From Macrostomum lignano (lineage: Eukaryota), in assembly GCA_002269645.1 (NCBI GenBank), contig NIVC01001510.1, positions 1 through 64,000 of the forward strand: a stretch of DNA of 64,000 nt, in the 5' to 3' direction. Position 1 is the first letter of the stretch, and every line of letters starts with the position of its first letter. Positions 46,101 through 54,600 of this stretch are shown one piece after another. The translations under genes and the position numbers were made by a program. Under the pieces are notes generated by a model. The model was given only the letters and a program-made list of their open reading frames with translations, made no database searches and had not been told where the DNA came from.

Positions 46101-47624
46101 CTCACGTCCTGGTGCGTGATGTTCCGGCCGATGTTGTCCAGGCCTTGCAGAAGCTCGTCTGGCGGGTCGTCGGACACGTCGCTTCTGGCACCTCGCCTCG
46201 GCGTCGGCTGCTGACCAAGGTCGTTGATCGCTGCTGCTGCTGCGGCGTCCGCTGCCGCAGGCCTCGCACTGCTGATGTGCTGATCCAGCCGGCTGCTGCA
46301 CCGGCTCTCGTCTCGTTCGTTGAACATGTTGAACTCGTAGTAGTTACTGGCCGATGTCGTTCTCGAAAGAGCGGTTGGCTTGGGTGTGTCGTAGTCGGAT
46401 CTCACCGCTGCGTCACCAGTGAAGTACACGCTGTTTGCTTCCCGTATTAGGCCCTTGCGGATTACCTTAAACCTCGAGCCTCTTCAGTGGGAAGTCCTTT
46501 CAGCGCGCAGTAGCGTAGGTAGTGCTGCCACCAGTTCCTTCAGGTCTCGGCCTTCGATGAGGTGAGCTTCCCGTCGGAACGAAATAAACAAGTCAACGAA
46601 CTCAGCACAGCGTGCAGATTTGCAGATTAATGAACAAGGCGTCCTGATCAGCAGATCCCCGCCGGGCTCAGGGGTGACTGGGAAGGCAGTGTTAGCCTCC
46701 CTTAGGCTTGGGCTTTAGTGGGGTCTCAGTCAGACCAGTACAAACGGATTCAGTACGCAAAGGGCACTTAGTTAGACACTGACGCACACGGGTTCTTAGT
46801 GAATTCTCCGCAGATAAGAAGCCAATCATTGACGGAAACAAGGGGAGAGGGGTCCTATTTATAGCCGGGAAACACCCACGCACAAGACCTCGTGACTTGT
46901 TCTATTTTTAGAACTGACGTCACTTGAGGTCTCGGGGCAGGGTCTCAGTGCGCGCAAGACCTCGTGACTCGTTCTATTTTTAGAACTGACGTCACTTAAG
47001 GTCTCCGGCCAGAGTACACGCGGCTGTGACTCAGTTGCTATTTTTAGCAACATGAGTCACTCCTCTCCTTAGAGAAGGGAGGGGTCCGAAAGCACGTGAT
47101 TCTCCCGGTAAACAGGGCCAACGAGTGCAGTAAACATGTTTACTGCACTTTAGGACTCGAAGAACGCAGAGTCTGTCATGTGACTTGCTCACATGACAGA
47201 GGAAAACGGGACGGGAACGAAACAGAGACAGCCCACAGCAGAGAAGCTGAGGGCTGAGAACAGAGACGCAGAAGGGCAGAACAGGCCAAGGGCAGCAACA
47301 GACGGGCCAAGGGGGCGGGAAGCTGACCAGCGGCAGACAGCAACCCAGGGCGAGGGCGAGGGAGACTGCTGACAAAGTGGGACGCCTAACACCAACTAGC
47401 GGATCACTACAATAACTTACAGTTTCCAGTGTCTGAATCACATTGGCCGCAGTGGCGAAGATCACATTAAATCGCACCTGGCCTTTTATTAGCACCGTGA
47501 GAATCTCGCTGAGATTTTTACCCTCGTCCAACTGGAAGGCCATCACGCTGATGCCGCTGGCTGAGAGGTCGTTCTGGAAGGCCTCGAGCAGCGGCAGACC
47601 TGTGAGGCGGTGAAAAAATATGAT

Positions 47625-47684
<60 letters not shown>

Positions 47685-50089
47685 CTCACTCTGGAACCGG
47701 TCATAAAAGATAGCCACGGTCGGAGCTAGGTGGAATCGCAGCGCCTCCACGGCTGCCCTCAGCAGCTGGCTCGGGTCTCCGGCGCCGATGAATTCAAAGA
47801 CTGCAGATCATTGATGGAAAATTGGGGGCGCGTTTAGATGTCTTTCTCTTCCCCTCTTCCCTATTCTTTTCCTCCTCTCCCTTCTCTTCCTTCTCTCCTT
47901 CCCCTTGAACTTCATCTTTTTCTCTACCTGCTTCTCTCCTTTTCTTTTCTTTCTGGCTCCCTTATCTCCACCTGTGCTTTTCAATCTTGCTCTTATCTCC
48001 CTCTACTCTCCCCTCTTTGCTCCGTCATTTCCCACTATCTTTCACGAGCATATCTCTGCATGTAAGAACAGCTCAAAAAATCTCCCTTCAAATCCTTCAA
48101 ATGCTCACCGGACTCGGAGGCAAGGCTGCAGAAGTCGTTCGGTATAACAATAGTCGGCAGGGTCAGAGTTTTGCCCAGCTTCTGCAGGCTCTCCATCAGT
48201 GCGCAGCCTCCTACGCCTATGATGCCGCTAAGGCCCACCTCCTGGCAGACTTTGGAAGAAGGGCGAGATGGGAGAGAATGTGACATAGGGATCTCACCTT
48301 AACACTTTCACATGTGAAATCTTGGTGCTTTCAGTGGTGAAATCTTGATGCTTTGAGAGGTGAAATCTTGATGCTTTGAGAGGTGAAATCTTGGTGCTTT
48401 CAGTGGTGAAATCTTGATGCTTTGAGAGGTGAGATCTTGATGCTTTGAGAGGTGAAATCTTGGTGCTTTCAGAGGTGAAATCTTGATGCTTTGAGAGGTG
48501 AGATCTTGATGCTTTGAGAGGTGAGATCTTGATGCTTTGAGAGGTGAAATCTTGATGCTTTGAGAGGTGAGATCTTGATGCTTTGAGAGGTGAAATCTTG
48601 GTGCTTTGAGAGGTGAAATCTTGGTGCTTTGAGAGGTGAAATCTTGGTGCTTTGAGAGGTGAAATCTTGATGCTTTGAGAGGTGAAATCTTGATGCTTTG
48701 AGAGGTGAAATCTTGGTGCTTTGAGAGGTGAAATCTTGATGCTTTGAGAGGTGAAATCTTGATGCTTTGAGAGGTGAAATCTTGGTGCTTTGAGAGGTGA
48801 AATCTTGATGCTTTGAGAGGTGAAATCTTGATGCTTTGAGAGGTGAAATCTTGATGCTTTGAGAGGTGAAATCTTGATGCTTTGAGAGGTGAAATCTTGT
48901 GCTTTCAGAGGTGAAATCTTGATGCTTTGAGAGGTGAAATCTTGGTGCTTTGAGAGGTGAAATCTTGATGCTTTGAGAGGTGAAATCTTGGTGCTTTGAG
49001 AGGTGAAATCTTGGTGCTTTGAGAGGTGAAATCTTGGTGCTTTGAGAGGTGAAATCTTGTGCTTTCAGAGGTGAAATCTTGGTGCTTTGAGAGGTGAAAT
49101 CTTGGTGCTTTGAGAGGTGAAATCTTGATGCTTTGAGAGGTGAAATCTTGATGCTTTGAGAGGTGAAATCTTGGTGCTTTGAGAGGTGAAATCTTGATGC
49201 TTTGAGAGGTGAAATCTTGATGCTTTCAGAGGTGAAATTTTGATGCTTTGAGAGGTGAAATCTTGATGCTTTGAGAGGTGAAATCTTGATGCTTTGAGAG
49301 GTGAAATCTTGGTGCTTTGAGAGGTGAAATCTTGATGCTTTGAGAGGTGAAATCTTGATGCTTTGAGAGGTGAAATCTTGATGCTTTGAGAGGTGAAATC
49401 TTGATGCTTTGAGAGGTGAAATCTTGATGCTTTGAGAGGTGAGATCTTGATGCTTTCAGAGGTGAGATCTTGATGCTTTGAGAGGTGAGATCTTGATGCT
49501 TTGAGAGGTGAAATCTTGATGCTTTGAGAGGTGAGATCTTGATGCTTTGAGAGGTGAAATCTTGGTGCTTTGAGAGGTGAGATCTTGATGCTTTGAGAGG
49601 TGAGATCTTGGTGCTTTCAGAGGTGAAATCTTGAGGTAAATTATAGTAGGAAGAGATTTTCATTACAGTTCCTTCATTACTTCATCACGATTTCATTTGC
49701 AGGTATCAAAACTGCAAAGTTACGTAACAATTACTCAAATCAAAGCGTGCTAACTGATACCCAAATTAGGCAAATTAGGATTGCATGGCGAGTTAACGAG
49801 CTCAGCTGTCAGGTCAATCAGTGCAATTCTCACTCTCACCTTTCCTAACAGCTTCCACCGACTGGCACCGGGATGCATTGACCAGCCGGAAATCGACCCT
49901 GCGACCCGAGCCCGATGGGAAAATCCTATAATTATTATTTACGGCCCTGGCGACGGCCAAATTTACCGTCTCGGCGGATATTGTAGTGTCTTCAATCACT
50001 ATGGCAACCTTGAATGTTGAGCAGCGCAGCGGAGAAGGCTGCGCCAGAAGCAGCAACAGCAGAAGCAGCGGCGGCAGGAAGTTGTTCAT
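31194..50089 (-). CDS. Ionotropic glutamate receptor-like channel subunit, paralogue A, 13 exons, about 848 aa (signal peptide, ATD, S1, M1-M3, S2, M4)
   Basis: Exons 50089-49840, 48249-48109, 47800-47690, 47599-47421, 38302-38090, 36819-36661, 36372-36118, 35258-35152, 35081-34988, 34870-34456, 33789-33584, 32828-32656, 31437-31194; all GT-AG, phases consistent, 2547 nt, no internal stop. Motifs YHWLL, GCVGEL, DFSVP, SFLQQG, WWMFT, SYTGNLTAYLTV, ESGIL, M4 ILLLELLW. Confidence 0.93.
32100..32300. repeat. 45-bp tandem repeat, 4-5 copies, mostly with GCCAATCAG (CCAAT box)
   Basis: AGCGACTGG recurs at 32161 and 32206. Confidence 0.85.
32330..32510 (-). mobile_element. Diverged relative of SINE family 1 (shared 3' region)
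   Basis: Reverse strand has AAGTGTACA, GGGCCG..TACACCCTGTGTGAG, GGTTGTGGGAC and GCGCCAGGGTGCCCACAGCC in the same order as family 1. Confidence 0.6.
32872..33548. repeat. 35-bp minisatellite (TGAGATTCTCATATTTACCCGCTGAATCTCAGCTG), gene A intron 11
   Basis: Direct periodicity; internal inverted TGAGATTC/GAATCTCA. Confidence 0.96.
34032..34315 (+). mobile_element. CORE-like SINE family 2 copy in gene A intron 10
   Basis: Colinear with 20323-20630; contains CCTTGAGCAAGACACTTAAC and CTGTAAAATG. Confidence 0.85.
35320..36016. repeat. 30-bp minisatellite (ATCAGGGAATCAGACAGTGGACCATCATAC), gene A intron 7
   Basis: Direct periodicity. Confidence 0.96.
36922..38000. repeat. 39-bp minisatellite (TCTGAGGCCATAGACAATCTCTCAAAACATGCCAGGAGT), gene A intron 5
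   Basis: Direct periodicity. Confidence 0.96.
38505..39496 (-). repeat. 3' LTR (992 bp)
   Basis: Matches 46420-47411 with no difference seen by eye; TATAAATA on minus strand at 38941-38948. Confidence 0.96.
39497..39508 (-). other. Polypurine tract GAACGGGGAGAG
   Basis: Purine-rich run abutting the 3' LTR on the element strand. Confidence 0.8.
40028..45296 (-). CDS. pol: Pol polyprotein (protease, RT, RNase H, long repeat-containing linker, integrase); apparent 1-nt deletions near 42776 and 40505
   Basis: FLLDSGS protease; LVHDFRALN, LDLAQGFWQ, YMDD RT; DTDAS..NADALSR RNase H; GHLG..CRTC, HCDVVGP, HTDQG, NGQVEN integrase (DDE intact); tail ..RPARNRRQPERL. Pieces in ORFs 42543-45323, 40162-42750 and 40028-40402, each a -1 step from the previous. 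Confidence 0.93.
45155..46327 (-). CDS. gag: Gag (capsid-like region plus one CX2CX4HX4C zinc knuckle)
   Basis: WLAAFEQRC, YEEVKQRLIERF, RRQQGKNESAEEFADAL, CYSCGQPGHRNTQC; first ATG after the PBS at 46327. Confidence 0.92.
   Translation of the reverse strand: MFNERDESRCSSRLDQHISSARPAAADAAAAAAINDLGQQPTPRRGARSDVSDDPPDELLQGLDNIGRNITHQDVRTMMAALQQQMERPVSKQVKIVKFTPSQDIHVWLAAFEQRCEMERIVDPFEMKQHLIASLDLATAYPSLLSMNLPRFASYEEVKQRLIERFARHGGADEYRELLRRRQQGKNESAEEFADALRTLGERAYPRMHPEDREKEIADQFLAGIRTTPDLRERLYWVRPNNLLAAIRELRRLEGAKELAQRTAQPPVRMLDGEEDGDPKPDVTAQALLTLTDLIEKQQRMLDHLVQRDQQQVASPPKRAIICYSCGQPGHRNTQCPMRQNQGNGQAESDNGTALREVQAQATWQIQNGREKKRMSAAQAPMPSPTVARQ
45260..45302 (-). promoter_or_regulatory. -1 programmed ribosomal frameshift signal (G GGA AAC plus stem-loop)
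   Basis: Slippery heptamer 45302-45296 in gag frame, 6-nt spacer, stem GCGGAGAGCG/CGCCCTCCGC (45289-45260); a -1 shift enters the pol frame. Confidence 0.8.
46396..46418 (-). other. Primer-binding site TGGTGACGCAGCGGTGAGATCCG, tRNA-Leu-like with a 2-nt bulge
   Basis: Starts 1 nt after the 5' LTR with TGG; resembles the complement of the eukaryotic tRNA-Leu(AAG/UAG) 3' end ..AATCCCACCGCTGCCACCA. Confidence 0.7.
46420..47411 (-). repeat. 5' LTR (992 bp)
   Basis: TGTAG...CTTCA on the element strand; TATAAATA at 46856-46863. Confidence 0.96.
47625..47684. repeat. (GATA)n microsatellite in gene A intron 3
   Basis: Direct observation. Confidence 0.96.
48310..49635. repeat. 23-bp minisatellite (TGAAATCTTG[A/G]TGCTTTGAGAGG), gene A intron 1
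   Basis: Direct periodicity. Confidence 0.97.
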
Positions 50090-50212
50090 GCTTTCGGCGG
50101 TGGGTGCCTGTCGTCGCAGCTCTGGTATCAACTCAAAACTTTGGGTGGCAAAAATTTATTCAACTAAACAGGCCAATGGGGATCCTTTTTTGTATATAAT
50201 CTCCATTTGCTA

Positions 50213-50226
50213 GTTTCCATGACAAC
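50213..50226. promoter_or_regulatory. RFX X-box GTTTCCATGACAAC in the gene A promoter, next to CCAAT words and a TATA-like element
   Basis: Full match to the invertebrate X-box consensus GTHNYY-AT-RRNAAC, 124 nt upstream of ATG 50089. Confidence 0.65.
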
Positions 50227-50585
50227 CAATCAAAGCAGACAGACTTCGGTCGTTTGATCCGAGATGAAGTTTCAACCGAAAACTCGCATTTTGATGATTG
50301 AGAAGAAAGCTAACTGGCAGCAGTTGAAAGCATTGATGCCAGTTCGGATTGCTTCATGTTCGATTTTGGTTGCTAGGCCAAAACTTTGGTTGCTGTGCCT
50401 GCAGTATCAGCTTTCACTGAGCACAAACACTTTTGCTTTTGTAGCTTTGTGCGGCCTGGCTCTCAGTTTAATTGACTCAGTAATTGCCTAATTAGCCTGC
50501 ACAAATTGATGCTAAACTAATTTTAATTGTGCTTTGCATGCGGCAGGGGAATTCAAATATGCTCGTAGCTTATGTGGGGGGCAGT

Positions 50586-50835
50586 GGGAGACAGAGGGAG
50601 ACAGAGGGAGACAGAGGGAGACAGAGGGAGATAGAGGGAGACAGAGGGAGACAGCGGGAGACAGAGGGAGACAGAGGGAGACAGAGGGAGACAGAGGGAG
50701 ACAGCGGGAGACAGAGGGAGACAGAGGGAGACAGAGGGAGACAGAGGGAGACAGAGGGAGACAGAGGGAGACAGAGGGAGACAGAGGGAGATAGAGGGAG
50801 ACAAAGGGAGACAGAGGGAGACAGCGGGAGACAGC
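50586..50835. repeat. 10-bp repeat (GAGGGAGACA)
   Basis: Direct periodicity. Confidence 0.96.
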
Positions 50836-51349
50836 GTGGCAGGAGCCAGGTTAGGGGCAGCGGGACCCACAGGCTGACTGGGTGAGGTCACAGTCACTAA
50901 TTAATAAAAAATATATTTCAAGGCGCTTTATTTCAAGGAGCTTTTCAGAAACGTTAAGCCGGGATTAAACGGCAGATCAAATCTGTTTTCGCAGAGACTG
51001 AGTTCTTATTTTACACGAGAACCTAGAAAAGAAACATTGAAATCGGTGTGCAAGGTCACATGGTTGTAAAAAAACAATTTGCAGAGGAAAAATAGACGTA
51101 CTTACATACAGTACTGTAGATAGATGGCTAACTAATTGCAAGTAGAATGACTGCAGTGTTTACACCATTAGTGTTGTTTCTACTGAAGTAATTAAGAAAC
51201 AGAAATATGTATGTAAAGGTATGCTTAAGTGCAAAAATATGTAAAGTACTCAAGTGCACAACATACGCTCGTGTCAAATTACGAAAACATTTTAATACCG
51301 TTTTATTGCTTTAGAGTGATAAGACTTAAATGGATAGATGCTAGCATAC

Positions 51350-51520
51350 TAGAGTACTAAAGAAATAGATTACTAAAGTACTAGAGTACTAAAGTACTAG
51401 AGTACTAAAGTACTAGACTACTAGAGTAATATGGTATTAGAGTACTGGAATACTAGAGTACTAGCGTACTAGTGTACTAGAGTGCTAGAGTGCTAGAGTG
51501 CTAGAGTTCTAGAGTACTGG
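51350..51520. repeat. Degenerate 9-bp repeat (TACTAGAG[T])
   Basis: Direct observation. Confidence 0.8.
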
Positions 51521-51600
51521 AGTACGGAGGTACCAGCGCGACAAGGTGCTCAGAGTGCGAAAATGTTTTCCTCCAGTCAAAGGTAATTTCATTCTCTGCT

Positions 51601-54600
51601 TCAGTAGCAAGGCAGCCTATTAGGAGACTGTTTACAGCAAAAGGTCCACAGCAGCTCCAGCAGCAGAAGCAGAATGCCGCAGACGTACAGCCCGCCTGTG
51701 ACGATGAAAGCTCCAGCGACGCCCTCGATGGTGATGGGGTCGGCCTCGGCCGTGACGGCTGACACTTCGCACTCGGCGTTCGAGCGCGGGAAGTATTTGT
51801 ACTCGAGCCACTGGCTCAGGCCGGAGTCCTGCGACTTTTCCAGACTGCGAGGGTTTGGATAATTGGGGAAGTCAGTGCGAAAGTCTGAGAATGGTAGTGG
51901 AGAAGGGTAAAGAGCGGCAGAGAGCGGCAGAGTGACAGGGAGTGGCAGGGAACAGCAGGGAGTGACGGGGAGTGGCAGGGAGTGACGGGGAGTGGCAGGG
52001 AGTGACAGGGAGTGACAGGGAGTAACAGGGAGTGACAGGGAATGACAGGGAGTTACAGGGAATGACAGGGAGTTACAGGGAGTGACAGGGAGTGACAGGG
52101 AGTGACGGAGTGACAGGGAGTGACGGAGTAACAGGGAGTGACAGGGAGTGACAGGGAATGACAGGGAGTGACAGGGAGTGACAGGGAATGACAGGAAGCG
52201 ACATGTAGTGACAGGGAGTGATAGGGAGTGACAGGGAGTGATATGGAGTGACAGGGAGTGACAGGGAGTGACAGGGAGTGACAGGGAGTGACAGGGAGTG
52301 AGTGGCAGAAAGCTGGAGTAAAAGGTAAGGATGAGGCCAGCGTTGGGGCTCACAGGAAGCTGAAGGCAGGCAGGTAGAAGGCGCCCTTAGGAAAGGCGAC
52401 TCCAAGCGAGTAGGCGTTGAACGTCTGGTCGGCGATGTACACTTTGTTGCAGTAGGCGTTGTAGAAGTGAATATTGATGTTCTGGTCCACGATGCACACC
52501 TGGTAGGGGTTCGAATCCACGGCTACCTTCAATGCAGAGTAATGTGTTAGGTGCGCTAGTGTTAGATGTGTTACAGACTTCTACATTGAAAAGCAGCCAT
52601 TGGGACATCGGCTCACGGTCTGGGAGCAGATCGGCATGGAGTCCACAACCTTCATCTGCTTTCTCAGCTCGTAATAGGGCCCGGACGTGTCGAGCAGGAT
52701 TTGCGCGTATATGTTGGTTCCCTTGGAGACCAGGACTTTGTAGTGCGGGTTGGCGAGCACATCTTCCAGGGTTCTGATTGGAAGCTGCGTCACGGACACG
52801 GTCAGGTAGGCGGTCAGGTTTCCTTCAATGGTGGCGGGGTCTGTTAGATTCGATTCTGTTCTATTTTATTCTATTCTACTCATTATGAAACTTCTCATCT
52901 GCACTACTGTAAGTAGTAGATATAAGCGAATCACACCTGTGTACGCGGCAAGCAAAATGACGGTGAGAAACCACCAGAACGCCAAAATGCTTCTCGGGCT
53001 CATCGCGAACGGATAGAAATCCTGGCCCTGCTGCAACAGGCTGCCAAGAAAGGACCAGATGTACTCTTGAAGCCAGACCTCGTCGGCAAACGAGTAGTTC
53101 ACTCCTAGATTCCAGGCGGTGAACGGGCTGAAGTAGGCGAGCAGGTAAGTGAAGAAGGCAGCGGTGCACAGGACACCGAGCAGCAGCAGCCACACGTCGT
53201 AGCTGAGTGGAGCGAAAATGTTCCACATCCGGGTTGAGGGCGGCGGCCGGCGCACCAAGATGGTATTGCCAGATGAGGCCAGGGGGAAGGAAAAGTCCAC
53301 AACCTGACTGCGCAGTGTGGTGATTGCGTACGGCATCGACAGGTGCGCGTTCTGCGGGAAGGAGCGGATCGATTTGCGGCATTCCGTTCTAACCACTCCG
53401 CCCTTATCTCTAACCACTCCACCCTTATCTCTAACCACTCCACCCTTATCTCTAACCACTCCGCCCTTATCTATCTATATTTATAATCACTCTGCGCTCT
53501 TATCTCCAATCACTCTGCTCTTATCCCCAACCACTCTGTTCTATCTCTTACCAAAGTAGATTTTTACCTCGAAGCAATTCGCCCTCATCTCTATTCACTT
53601 TACCCTTCCTCAAACGTCTCATCTCATCACTTCATCCTGAACTGTTCCAGCAGCTGCTCACCCACCCCTTTCTGAACTTCGCCAATGCAGCCGCTGAACA
53701 AGTCTGAGCCGGGAATCGGGGCACCGAACTGGCGGTCCGGCGCCTGCCTGAAAATCGATCTGGAACGGTCGGTGGCGGCTTGTTAAGTAGTTCAGTTAAG
53801 TTAAGTAGTCCTTGTGTGCAGCATTGTCATTCTCTAGTACGAATCATTTAATTCCAACCCGCCAGGCGTACCGAAACTTCAGCTTCGGCTCGAATATTTT
53901 AAACCATTCGGCGATCTCGCCGGTGACATTGCCGGTCAGGTCATCGTTGACATTCGTGTACTCCGTGAACGGCGGGATCTGGAATGATGAGGATCTATTC
54001 ACGTTTGGAGAAGTCCAGTCTCAGTTCTACATGTCTACATATCAATGCTATAGATTAGCAATCCATAAGATACAGATTGGCAATCCATTAACTATAGTTT
54101 AGCAATCCATTAGCTATAGTTTAGCAATCCATTAACTATAGATTAGCAATCGATGGGCTATAGATTAGCAATCCATTAGCTATAGTTTAGCAATCCATTA
54201 GCTATAGATTAGCAATCCATTAGCTATAGATTAGCAATCCATTAGCTATAGATTAGCAATCCATAGACTGTATTCATGGTCTGTAAATTTAGTGCCATCG
54301 ATCAGAGATTAATTTCTATGTCGAGGTTAATTGCTGAGATGTCAAGGCTGAAAGTTCGAAAGCTATTTTTAGTTTATTCAAAAAATATCCCATTCTTCTT
54401 TGGCTTTCCAACGGGGGGGCGCCGATTGCTGGTTTAATTTCTGTTTTTATGAGCAATTCATGAGCATTAATAGTCAGGTATCCATGGCTGCATTCCAGTC
54501 ACTCACAATCGGTGCACAAACGGTCAGAGTCCGATTCTTGAAGTCCACAAAGGCGTTGGAGAAGACGAGACTCCGGCCGGACACTGTCCGAAGCACTCGC

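Larger units (their letters stand above)
38505..47411 (-). mobile_element. Complete Ty3/Gypsy LTR retrotransposon (8907 bp) in intron 4 of gene A, same orientation as the host gene
   Basis: Two 992-bp LTRs (TG...CA) at constant offset 7915, TSD ATAA at 38501-38504 and 47412-47415, PBS, PPT, gag with CCHC knuckle, pol in PR-RT-RH-IN order. Confidence 0.97.

Noticed and set aside
46330-46429. Gag start at GTG 46429 as in the ORF track
   Set aside because: That codon lies inside the LTR and runs across the PBS; the first ATG after the PBS (46327) is more plausible.
52505-52520. GGGTTCGAATCC, a perfect B-box word
   Set aside because: It lies within exon 12 of receptor B (antisense of DSNP) with no A box; coincidental.
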